From Heterodontus francisci (Eukaryota), in contig NC_090404.1 in the NCBI RefSeq assembly GCF_036365525.1, forward strand, positions 13,420,550-13,484,549: a stretch of DNA of 64,000 nucleotides. Direction: 5' to 3'. Below are positions 47,516 to 60,119 of this stretch, one piece after another. The translations under genes were made by a program, and so were the position numbers. A model generated the notes under the pieces. That model searched no databases, had not been told where the DNA came from, and saw nothing but the letters and a program-made list of their open reading frames with translations. Positions within the stretch are counted from its first letter, which is position 1, and each line of letters begins with the position of its first letter.

Positions 47516-49122
47516 ATCAACAGAATAGACTCATATCATCACACTGGGTTGTTATTAAATGTAAACTTTTAATCTGTATCCAGGAATAGTTATTTTGACG
47601 GTATGGTTTCAATGCAATATGTTACTTGATACTAAGTGGAAATATTGCAGTTGAGAATGTGTTCAGTCATAAATAATTGCATCGTGGATTGTGAATTATA
47701 TCCCTTCATGTCCTCAGCACGACACTGACGATGTCAATGCCTAACACTAAATTATGTTAGCAGGGTCTAAAGTGACGGTTGGTTGCTCTATCTCTCGCTC
47801 TCTATCCCTTCAATCTATACCAATAAAGGATCCCCGATAACATGATTTTTTAATCAATTTATGCAACTAAATACGGGATATTAGTAACGTGATTCTAGTT
47901 GCAGTGTGAATTGCTGTAGTTACACTATTTAGAACCAGATTGAATATGAATGCCTCACATTATACCAGTTTTTCTCTGTCGCTCACTGTATTTCTTGAAT
48001 TGCCCCTAATTCTATGACCCTAAGCCAGCCCTGTGGAAACTAACTGTAAAAGAAGTCAGCTTGTCTGATCATTAAGGAGTCACACGATAAATTCCGATAA
48101 GCTTTTGAAAAACAGGAGCGAGTGAATCAGAACCGATACGGCGATCAGCAAAACTATCCCCCTGCACCCAAATCATTGCAGCTAACTTTAATAGCGACAG
48201 GCTGTGTAACATACACTGGTATCAGGAACACAGTATATCAGGATTTCACGCTATGCTCCAGAATATCACATGAATAAACGCGTTATCTACTGTAGAAACG
48301 ATCGTAAACTAGGGATTTCTCTGCCCATTGGTGGCCTGGCTACTAGAGGGCTTGTTAAGCGATCCAAATCATCCTAAATTAAACTATACAGTATGGAGCT
48401 GCTATCAATAATAAAGGAGTCTTGAGTTTTAATGTGATTCACAGCTGTGTAAGAAAAATCAAGGAAATGCAGCGGGTTCAAGGCAACTCCACATATTTAT
48501 TTATTTATTTTGCGGTTCCCACTTATCTCAATACGGTGTGTAGGGGTCATTAAAACGTCTCTGTAGAACTTCATGCAGTGCGAAATAAATAGTCTTCATT
48601 ACCCAGAATTATATTTAATTGTCACGTGGGCCAATTTATTATTTTGCGCTTCCATTTTATCATGATATGAGCACTGAATTTAAGTCATTCTTTCCATATG
48701 ATACAGTGAAATGCTTTTTTTTTGTAAGAGCGCTGCTGACTAATTTAATGTTCAAATGGTTAAATCCCAACTTTGTCCATTTATATTCATGCTAATCTGC
48801 CCCACACAATATTTGGCAGCAACCCAGCCGACTGCCGTCAGGGAGGCTCGAACACCCAATGTTATTTACAGGAAGCATCTGGGGGTCCTGAGCAGTAAAT
48901 CAAAGATCTGATTCCTCATTACTGACCGCTTGGCTGCAAGCCAGCTTCAAATCCTTAACATTGTCAATGAGACCTATTCATAAACAGATCTACCCAGCAA
49001 CAACACTGGAGTCAATTTTATTTTTTCAGTTGTGGAACTATGTGAACTGTTCCCATCTCTCAGGAAAGGAAATATATCCGGCATCTCGACAGTCTGTTAA
49101 TAGCAATAGGAGGATCTGTCCA

Positions 49123-49252
49123 NNNNNNNNNNNNNNNNNNNNNNNNNNNNNNNNNNNNNNNNNNNNNNNNNNNNNNNNNNNNNNNNNNNNNNNNNNNNNN
49201 NNNNNNNNNNNNNNNNNNNNNNNNNNNNNNNNNNNNNNNNNNNNNNNNNNNN
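49123..49252. other. assembly gap (130 N)
   Basis: Run of N. Confidence 1.
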
Positions 49253-50499
49253 GAGGATAGATAAATATGCTTATTTGTGTGGATGGAGGGACAGATGTAG
49301 CGATGCTGGAATGAGTGGACAGTTGGATGTCTGAACGTTTTGTTCAAAGGACCAATGAACAGGTTGACTGATGGATGGATGGATGGATGGAGATAGATGG
49401 GCCTGAAAGATGACTTTCTACATTCGCAACGTGTGACTGACTATTCCTAACATGAAGCAGCCCCTTTATTCCATTGGTATCAGTCTGACGCCTTCAGTCC
49501 TTCCTGATTTTCTTTATCATTTCAATCCCTAGGGTATCCAGAACTAACGAGCTGAATTCACAAAGAGAAGCCTGGAGATATCCCTGGGGTACCGATGAAT
49601 CATCTCTGCTTATGGGGAATCTCGTCTCAAAAATACGACTGTGTTGAGAAGGGACAATTGCAATATTTGTAGACGTGGTCCTTTCATGTACAACAAGACA
49701 CACATCATTTCCCCACCCGAATTAGTTCAATAACAGCAGAAATATAGCAAACCGTTGGATACATTTTTTCCAGTTCCTTACATAAATACTTATTCCTCTG
49801 TGAGACTAGTACAGTCGCACATGAAAGGAGCTTGGACTCTAACTTTCTTTACCACCATATAGTCATCGTAAGTCGTTGCCTCAGTGAAATATATCCTGTG
49901 GGTATTACACATTGTGGTCGCAAACTCCAATGTCCTGAAAGCCTTTAACCACATTCCCCAGAGCCTCTCCATTCAGTCCATTCATGCACTGACTGAATTG
50001 TTCATGAACTGGACGTGTGAGGTCAGTACTTCAATGAGATGTGCTCAGGTTGATGGTACAGGGTCACTGTGATGAGTGCATAAGAAATAGGGGCAAGATT
50101 AGGCCACTCGGCCCCTCGAGCCTGCTCCACCATTCAACAAAACCATGGCTGATCTGATTGTGGCCTTATCTCCGCTTTACTGCCTGTCCCCCATCACCCT
50201 TGATTCCTTTGTCAATCACAAATATAACAACATAACAAATAAAAGTAGGATGGGACATATGGTTAGAGTGGACATGGTGCATCAGCTGGACAGAGCTCAG
50301 TCAGTGAAGCTGCCGAATATGGTGATTTCAATCACAATTTTGAACATGATTCTCAGGCCTGTGCTCTATGGCATGAGGTTAATGCAGAATGCTGCTTTTC
50401 ATGCGGTTGCACTTCTGTGTTAGACGTGTTCAGTGTTGGGGAAAACTACTGTATGGTTATGAAGCCTCCAATAGGATGCCAGTATGGGAATATTCACAC

Positions 50500-50723
50500 C
50501 TCCGGCTGCTCCGGTTTCCTCCCACAGCCAAAAGACTTGCAGGTTGATAGGTGAATTGGCCATTATAAATTGCCACTAGTATAGGTAGGTGGTAGGTGAA
50601 TATAGGGACAGGTGGGGATGTGGTAGGAATATGGGATTAGTGTAGGATTAGTATAATATGGGTGGTTAATGGTCGGCACAGACTTGGTGGGCCGAAGGGC
50701 CTGTTTCAGTGCTGTATCTCTAA
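50500..50723 (+). mobile_element. 5'-truncated HE1/V-SINE-like SINE
   Basis: tgctccggtttcctcccacagccaaaagacttgcaggttgatagg..gggccgaagggcctgtttcagtgctgtatctcta. Confidence 0.75.
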
Positions 50724-51574
50724 AATTAAAAAAAACTAGTTTTCCACATAATTTTCTGCTCCGAATTTATACCTTGAAACCCTTTCCGAATATTCCAAAG
50801 TGCTGAAAAATGTATTATTAATATTGAGGAATAATTGGTTATGTATTTTAGATGAACGGTTCCGAGTCGATCGATTCCCAATTGGCCCCTTCTCTTTGTG
50901 CAAGAGACTCCCATAATCTAGGATAATTAATCTGGTTTTTGCACAGTTCCCATTCCCGCTCAGCACCCCACCAATAGGAGTAACAAACTGTCGCTGCGAC
51001 AATTAACAGAAACAGATAGACGGCCAGACATTTCCAGATTAATAAGTATTTCCCTCTTATACAAGGGGAGGGGTTAATCAGGGATCATATTCAAAGCAAA
51101 TGATATTTCTCATTGTTTCAGTCCTTCATCGTGTTTCCCAAACATTCGATGTTTCTCAATCCGTTAATAGTTTCAATCTATTGATAATCCACAACCATCA
51201 ACTTCCTCAAGCAATTGGAAACTTGTAACCGATTGATGTCTCTCGATGTATCAATGATTCCAAAACCTTTCACCGCTCCCAATCGATTGATGTTTCTGAA
51301 TCGATTAACGATCACTAGTTCTTTAACAATTCACAGTCCACTGAAGTTTCTTTTGCAGAAAATGACCGACTTGGTGCACATAGCCTTTGGATTATTTTAC
51401 AGTTCTGGCAGAGCTAGTCTGGTGTCAGATTCGAGGTCACACCCACAGTCAGTGTCTGTACTAATTACCTGCCGTACTGTACGATAGGGGAGAATACCTG
51501 AAAAGTCCAGACTCAGTCTGGTATTACAGTGTATATTAAAATTAGATGTTGAACTTCTGAATGCCCGACATCAT

Positions 51575-52625
51575 CAACCTTGGGTCAGTTGGTAGCACTC
51601 TCCTCTCTGGTTTAGCAGGTTCCAGTTTCAAGTTAAGAAGGCATATGGTGTGTTAGCTTTTATTAGTAGGGGGATCGAGTTTCGGAGCCACGAGGTCATG
51701 CTGCAGCTGAACAAAACTCTGGTGCGGCCGCACCTGGAGTATTGCGTGCAGTTCTGGTCACCGCATTATAGGAAGGATGTGGAAGCTTTGGAAAGGGTGC
51801 AGAGGAGATTTACTAGGATGTTGCCTGGTATGGAGGGAAGGTCTTACGAGGAAAGGCTGAGGGACTTGAGGTTGTTTTCGTTGGAGAGAAGGAGGAGGAG
51901 AGGTGACTTAATAGAGACATATAAGATAATCAGAGGGTTAGATAGGGTGGATAGTGAGAGTCTTTTTCCTCAGATGGTGATGACAAACACGAGGGGACAT
52001 AGCTTTAAGTTGAGGGGTGATAGATATAGGACAAATGTCAGAGGTAGTTTCTTTACTCAGAGAGTAGTAGGGGCGTGGAACGCCCTGCCTGCAACAGTAG
52101 TCGACTCGCCAACCTTAAGGGCATTTAAGTGGTCATTGGATAGACATATGGATGAAAATGGAATAGTTTAGGTCAGATGGTTTCACAGATCGGCGCAACA
52201 TCGAGGGCCGAAGGGCCTGTACTGCGCTGTAATGTTCTATGTTCTAAGTCCAACTCCAGGACCAGAGCATAAAAATCACACTGGCACTCCAGTGGAGTGC
52301 TACACTGTCAGAGATGCAGTTTTCCTGATGGGTCATGAGATAAGAGGTGCCGTCTGCCCTCTCAGGTGTAAAAGATCCCCTGGCACTAATTCAGCCAGCG
52401 CAAGGGAGTTATTCCTGGTGTCCTGATCAATATTTATCTCTCAATCGACATCATAAAAACAGATTATCTGGTCAATATCGCATGGCTGTTTGTGGAGCTT
52501 CCCGTGTGGAAATTGGCTGCTGCGTGTCCTACATTACAGCAGTGAGGAACTTCACAAGTAGTTCATTGGCTGCAAAGCCTTCGAGACGTCCGGTGTGCGT
52601 GAAAGGCGCCACATAAATGCAATTT
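51575..52625 (+). mobile_element. tRNA-derived SINE (Deu-domain/SacSINE-like) split by a CR1 insertion
   Basis: A-box-like tgggtcagttggtagcact; body gtctgccctctcaggtgtaaaagatccc; tail gtgaaaggcgccacataaatgcaa. Confidence 0.6.
51632..52247 (+). mobile_element. young CR1 3' fragment
   Basis: ORF 51650-52171 is the RT C-terminus; (ATGTTCT)n tail; AAGT at both junctions. Confidence 0.9.
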
Positions 52626-52699
52626 TTAAATTTTGTTCTTGTTATTAACAATAGGTGAAAAAGGGGTTGTTGGATGACATGGTAAATCATACACTCCTA

Positions 52700-54240
52700 G
52701 AATGATAAAGCTGAGGAGGCCATTCAGCCCTTAAGGACTGTACAGCTCTTTGAAAGAACTTTCCAATTATTCCGCTACCCCCTGCTATTTGCCCAAAGCC
52801 GTGTAACTTTTTTTTCATTTGAAATATGTATTAATTCCCTTTTACAAGTTATTGTTCAATCTGCTTCCACCGCCCTTTCAGGCAGTACATTTCAGATCAT
52901 AACAATTCACTCTGTCAGTTATCTTCCTCCTCACATTGCCTACAGTCACAGAGTTATAGGGTCATTTACGGCACAGAAGGGGGCCATTCGGCCCATTGAG
53001 TCCATGCTGGCTCTCCACAGAGTTATTCAGTCAGTCCCCCCTCTCCCCGCGCTCCCCCCCGCTATTTCCTCATAGCTGTGAAAGTCTGTTTCCTTCAAGT
53101 GGCCACTCAATTTCTTTTTGAATTCATTTATTGGCTCCACTTCCACCACCCTCGTGGGCAGTGAGTTCCAGGTCATCACTACCTGCTGCGCAAGAGTTCT
53201 TCCTCATATTTCCCCTGCATCATTTGCCCAATCCCTTCAATCCGTGTCCCCTAGTCCTTGTACCATTAGTTAATGTGAACAGTTTTTCCTTGTCTAACTT
53301 ATCTAAGCCTGTCATAATCTTGTACATTTCTATTAAATCTCCTCTCAATCTCCTTTGTTCTAAGGAGAATAAACACCCAGTTTTTCCAAACTAACGTTGC
53401 AACTAAATTCCTCCATTCTTGGAACCATTCTGATGAATCTCTCTCAAGGACCCTGACTTCCTTCCTAAAGTGTGGCGACCAGAACTGGGCGCAGTACTCC
53501 AGTTGGGGCCAAAGCAGAGCTTTATAAAGGTTCAGCATAACTTCCCTGCTTTTGTTCTCAATGCATCTATTTATGAAGCCCAAGATCCCATATACTTTGC
53601 TAAACACTCTCTCAATATGTCTTGCTGCCTTCAAAGATCAATGCACATGCACCCTCAGGTTCCTCTGCTCCTGCACTATTTTAGAACTGCATCATTAATT
53701 ATGTGTTGCCTCTCCCTATTCCTTCTGCCAAAATGCGTTACCTCACACTAGTCAATTTAAATTTCATCTGCCACTTGTCGGCCCACTCTGCTAGCCTATC
53801 TATGCCCTGTTGCAGAGGGTCCATATCATCCTCACTGTTTGCCACACCTCCAAGTTTGGTGTCATGGGCAAATTTTGAGGTTCTGCTCTGTATTCCAAGA
53901 TGCAAGTCATTTATATGTAGCCCTTGGGTGCTTTGCTATTTCCCTTGAATCTGTGTCCTCTGGTTACCGATTTTTCTGCGACTGGAAATATTTTCAGTAT
54001 TTATTCTATTAAAACACTTCATGATTTTGAAATCTTCTTTTAACCTTCTCTGCTCTCAGCAGAACAACCTCAGCTCTCCACGAAACTGAAATCTATCATC
54101 CCTGGTCCCAGTTTATAAAATATTTTCTGGACCCTCTCCAAGGTCTCGATGTCCTTCTGAAAACTTGGCACCCAGAATTGGACACAATACTCCAGCTAAG
54201 GCCTACTGGTGTTTTATAAAAGTTGATCACAATCATTATT
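52700..54240 (-). mobile_element. older CR1 fragments
   Basis: YGILGFINRCIENKSREVMLNLYKALLWPQLEYCAQFWSP. Confidence 0.75.
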
Positions 54241-54464
54241 TTTCCACTGGAGTAGTCTATGGCATAGTGCGATGAGAACTGAGAAAAGGCCTAATGTAAT
54301 ATAAACATATATATGGTCCTGTAGTGCATATGACATTGCATTACACTCGACCCTGTTTATATTACACTCGACCCTATTTCTGTCGCTGGTATTAAGGTCA
54401 TGTCTCAGTTTTAAGTGCAGAAGACTGTGCCTCTTAGTATATTATAAAAGATTCTGTCTCAGTT

Positions 54465-56860
54465 TTTTAAATTCGTTCATGGGATGTGGGTGTCGCTGGC
54501 TAGGACAGCATTTATTGCCCATCCCTAATTGGCCTTGAGAAGGTGGTGGTGAGCTGCCTTCTTGAACCGCTGCAGTCTTTGGGGTGTAGGGACACTCACA
54601 CTGCTATTAGGAAGGGAGATCCAGGATTTTGACCCCGCGACAGTGAAGGACAGTGTGGATTGGAGAGAAACTTGCAGTTGCTGATGTTCCCATGCATCTG
54701 CTGCCCTTGTCCTTCTCGGTGGTAGAGGTCGCTGCTTTGGATGGTGCTGGATAAGGAGCCTCGGCGAGCTGCTGCAATGCATCTTGTAGATGGTACACAC
54801 TGCTGCCACTGTGCGTCATTGGGGGAGGGAGGGAATGTTAGTGGATGGGTGACAATCAAGCGGGCTGCTTTGTCCTGGATGGTATCTACCTTCTTGAGTG
54901 TTGGATCTGCACCCATGCAGGCAAATGGAAAGTATTCCATCACACTCCCGACTTGTGCCTTGTAGATGGTGGACAGGCTTTGGGGAGTCAGGAGGTGAAT
55001 TACTCACTGCAAAACTGAAGTCAATGGGAAAACTCTCTGCTAGTTGTAGTCACACCTAGTGCAAAGGAAGATGGTTGTGGTTGTTGGAGGTCAATCATTT
55101 CAGCTCCAGGACGTCACTGCAGGAGTTCCTCAGGGTAGTGTCCTAGGCCTAACCATCTTCAGCTGTTTCATCAATGACCTTCCTTCAATCATAAGGTCAG
55201 AAGTGGGGATATTCGCTGATGATTGCACAATATTCAGCACCATTTGTGACTCCTCGGATACTGAAACAGTCCGTGTAGAAAAGCAGCAAGACCTGGACAA
55301 TATCCAGGCTTGGGCTGTTAAGTGGCAAGTAACATTTGCGCCACACAATTGCCAGGCAATGACTATCTCAAGCAAGTGAGAATCTAACCATCTCCCCTTG
55401 ACATTCAACGCCATTACAATCGCTGAAAACTCCACTATCAATATTCTGGGGGTTACCATTGACCAGAAAACTGAACTGGAGTCGCCATATAAATAACATG
55501 GCTACAACAGCAGGTCAGAGACCAGGAATCATGCAGCAAGTGAGGATGAGGATATTTGTGGAGCCACCTCCTCCAGTTAGTTGTTTAATTGTCCACCACC
55601 ATGCACGACTGGATGTGGCAGGACTGCAGAACTTAGATCTGATCCGTTGGTTGTGGGATTGATTAGCTTTGTCTATTGCATGCGGCTTACGCTGTTTGCC
55701 ATGCATGTAGTCCTGTGTCATAACTTCATTTTGCGGTATGCCTGTTGCTGCTCCTGCACACTTCATTGAACCAGGGTTGGTCCCCCGGCATGCTTGTAAT
55801 GGTAGAATGGGGGATATACCGGGCCAGGAGGTTACAGATTGTAGTCGAGTAAAATTCTGCTGCTGCTGATGGCCCAGAGTGCCTCTTGGATGCCCAGTTT
55901 TGCGGTGCTAGATCTGTTCAAAATCTATCCCATTTAGCACGGTGGTAGTGTCACACAACACGATGGAGGGTATCCTCAATGTGAAGATGGGACTTCGTCT
56001 CCACAAGGACTGTGCATTGGTCATTCCTACCAATACTGTCAAGGACAAATGCATCTGTGACATACAGCTTGGTGAGGACGAGGTCAAGTATGTTTTTCCT
56101 TCACCACCTGCTGAAAACCCAGTTTAGCAGCTATGTGCTTTAGGACTTGGCCAGTATTGGTGCTACTGAGCCACTCTTGGTGATGGATATTGAAGTCCCC
56201 TACCCAGAATACATTCTGTGCCCTTTGAACCCCCTCAGCGCATCCTCCAAGTGGTGTTCAACATGAAGGAGCACTGATTCATCAGCTGAGGTTTCCTTGT
56301 CATGCTTGACCTGATGCCATGAGACCTCATGAGGTCCGGAGTCAATGTTGAGGACTCTCAGGGTAACTCCCTCCCGCCTGTATAACACTATGGCGCCACC
56401 GCTGCTGGGTTTGTCATGTCACTGGGACAGGACATTCCCGAGATGGTGATGACGGTGTCTGGAACATTCTCTGTAAGATGGCCAACACTCGCGTTTAATT
56501 CGAGAGTAATTAATTGAAGCCAAATTCCACCTTCTGTCGTGGTGGGATTCGAACCCATGTCCCCAGAGCAATACCCTGGGCCTCTGGGTTATTAATCCAG
56601 TGACATTTCTTGTTTTATTCGTTCCTGGGATGTGGGCGTTGCTGGTTAGGCCAGAATACGAACATACGAATTAGGAGCAGGAGTAGGCCACTCGGCCCCT
56701 CGAGCCTGATCCGCCATTCAATAAATTCATGGTTGAACTGGTTATTCCACATTTCCACCTACCCCCGATAACCTTTCACCCCCTTGTATTTACTGCTCAT
56801 CCCTAATTGTCTTTGAGAAGGCAGTAGTGAGCAGTACAATACCACGATACCACTTCCTCT
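54465..56860. mobile_element. rearranged L2/Crack-like LINE fragments in both orientations plus SINE/CR1 pieces
   Basis: AGVPQGSVLG..FADDCT (plus strand, 55059-55379); IQDKAARLI (minus strand). Confidence 0.75.
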
Positions 56861-57967
56861 CCTGACTGCACTACAAGATATCTCTCTTTCTCTCTCTCTC
56901 TCTCTCTCTTCATATTGCACCACCTCCTCCCTCAGTTATTAAACCATGTCTCTATTTTTATTGCACCAGATGCTGCCTCAGTTAGTACTTGACTAAATCA
57001 AGTCTCTGTCGATATTTCACTATACCCTGTCTCTATTTCTGTTACATGAGGCACTTCCTCCTTTGTTACTGCACTAGAACATGTCTCTGTCTATATTACA
57101 CTGAACATTATCTCAGTTGGCACTGCATTGGACCACCTGTTTGTTTATATTGCACACAACCCATTCTTGGTTAATACAGCACTTGGCCGTGCTTCTGCTC
57201 AGATTACACTAGGCCCTGCCTCACCTATTACTGCACTGGACCATATCGCTGCTTCTATTACACTAGTCTATGTCTCAGCTTACTACACTAGACCATGTGC
57301 AGTTATTAGTGCAGAAAACCATTTGTCTGTTCATAATCCATTAGGCCTTGTTCAATTATTACTGCAAGGGATCATGTCCCACTTATATTAAACTAGACCA
57401 TGTTGCTTTTTATATTATGCTAGGCTGTGTCTCAGTTATTGTTGCACTAGGCCATATCTCTATTTATTCCACTAAACCGTGTCATATATATATAATGTTA
57501 GTTTGTGTATCAGCTGTTAATGAACGAAACAATAAAAAATATTAGAAGATGTCGGGGAGGAAATAGCGAAGGTAATGGGCTAAAATGAAGCCTGCGGAAA
57601 CAGAAATGGTACAGATTTTACTGGAAAGCAGCAATTGTTTCATTCCTTTGCAAATGAAGGAAGTAATAGATCAGTCAGTTACAGATTTATTAACTTCACG
57701 TCAGGTACAGGTAGTTTCATTTTTACCATCACTTGCACAAATCATCACACACAGGAGGAATAGACCAGCAGCTTCTGTGTGATGGTGAGGTGATCACTTA
57801 ACAATAAAGCACAGTGACCGGTGGGTAGCTGGTCATTACTCTCGGTCTGCAATTACATTTTAATTTAAAAAACAAATTGGTGAAGGTAATTATTTATATT
57901 TGTAGAATTGCAAACAACAAGATTTATTTTGTACAGATACGCAAATGTATATATAATAAACACTCTG

Positions 57968-58790
57968 GGTGTTATTTTGGTAAAAGGGTGAACCCAGGGG
58001 CTAAATGGTGACTGTGCTAATGAAACACCCCTGTTTGGATGTCCGGATTTAGCACACGATTTTGACCTGATTGCTGATTACCATAATTGAACTTGCCCGA
58101 AGGTGCTAAACCAGAGGCGAGCGGGTTTAGCACGCAAGTGCTGATTAACTGCAATTGTCTTGAAGCAGTATATGTGGGCTCCATGTACCCACTTCTACTA
58201 TAAGTGTGGGGTGGCCTGGCTGACACACAGTGACATGATTCAGGATGGCTCAGGAACCAACTGAGTTGGTGCACAGATTCTCAGACACAGCATTGTCCTG
58301 GTGGAGGAGATCCAGGGGAGGAGGGATGCTCTGTACCCGCAATGAGGAAGGACACCACCTCACCCTCCTGTCTCACTATCCTTCAGCAGCTGATGCTGCT
58401 CTGCCTGACCTCATGTCCCCCTCCCATTCGTCCAACCAGCTAGATGCCAATCATCAAGGACTTATTTTCTCCTGGTGACTCCTATAAGGTCAAGTCGCAC
58501 AGCTCTTCCACTTTTTGGGTGAGGCTGTCAGAGAATTTCCAAGAATGAGTGTTGATAGGGTGTTGGCGAAGTCGAAAAAGTGTTCCAGAAATTCTCCCGA
58601 TGGGTTTTTACAAGTCCTCTTCAAACCTTCAGCAGCAAGTCGATAGTAACAGGTAATGTGCCTTTAAGTAGCGCAGCAAACCTCTGCAACAACTTGTTCA
58701 CCCCAATCGAGGTATAAATCAATGTTTGAGCCTAAGATCCAACCTTGGCTCCATTGGAGGCTCTTTAGCAGTTGAAATATCGGGGAATTC
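57968..58790 (+). mobile_element. Harbinger-type relic with a Myb/SANT-like fragment
   Basis: MAQEP..RFSDTAL / LVEEIQGRRDALYP across a frameshift. Confidence 0.5.
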
Positions 58791-60119
58791 ACCCCCACTG
58801 TCTTTCAGGTGATATCATGAACCAGTAATCTCTCCCCTTCCCCTTGTCTGTTGATGTGGATATTAAAGCTCCCATGGCCCCCACAATGTGTCCTGGTCAA
58901 CATTCTTCCTTTCAATCAAGGTTTGACATCCTTCTATCTGCGAAAGATGATGAACACGCAACAAACAATCCATTAAGGTGGGGTGTCTTCTCTTGGTGCA
59001 CCTTTGCTAATGGCTGTGAAGGCCAATCCCTGAAAGGCAGTTTTTTGCCACAAGTGCCGGAACCTCTTCAACCAAGATCAACAAGAATACTTTAACAGAA
59101 GTTCAGTCCCTTTGCTCTATTAAGGATGTCTCTGCGCACAAGTGGGCCACATTCATCTGGAATTAGTTGCACCTCAAATTCTGGGACCTCCTAGCGAAGT
59201 TGATGAGCTGGTAGATCAATGCAAGTTGTTTCTTGGTGTATTAATATCAGAAGCAGTAACTGATATCGACATTTTCACAATAGGAGCAATGGCCAAACAC
59301 AACCACCAGGTGTCAGTGAAAGCCCGGTTGTTTACATTACATAAAACATGCGTTGCCTCAGTTATTACTGCACTGGACCCTGCTTCTGTTTATATCACAC
59401 TAGACTCTGTCTCAGTTTATATTACACTAGACCTTGCTGTTGTTTATGTTACACCAGGCCCTGTCTCAGTTATTACTGCACTAGACCACGTGTCTGTTTA
59501 TATCACACTAGATCCTGTCTCCGTTTATATTACACTCGACCCTGTCTCTCTTTATATTAAGCTAGAGCCTGCTTTAGTCTATATTACACTAGATGCTGCC
59601 TCTGTTTTTATTACACTAGGTCATTGTCCTATTTGTATTACAGCAAGCATTGTCTTTGATCATATAAAAACAGTCCGTGCCTCAGTTATTTCTACATTGG
59701 CCCAATCTCAGGTGTGAATATATTGGACCATGTTTCTGCTTGTGTCACAATGCCCTGTCTATGTTATTATTGCACTAGACTCCGTTTCTGTTTCTATCAC
59801 CCAAAGCCTTGTTACTGCTGTAATCAACCATCTCTGTTTTACTATTACTCGGAATCCTGTCGCACCTATTGCTGCACTTGTCCATGTCTCAGCTCATAGA
59901 AATCTAGGTCCAGTATCGGTAATTACTGCATTAGGGTCTGTATCAGTTTATATTGCACAATGTCCTCTGTCAATTAAAACTACCCTGGACCTTGTCTCAG
60001 TTTTTCTTCTACTAGACCCTGTTTCACGTATGACTATACTATACCACATTACACCAGATTCTGTCTCAATTATTATGGCGGTCCACTCATTTCATACTAC
60101 ATTATATCATGTGACATTA

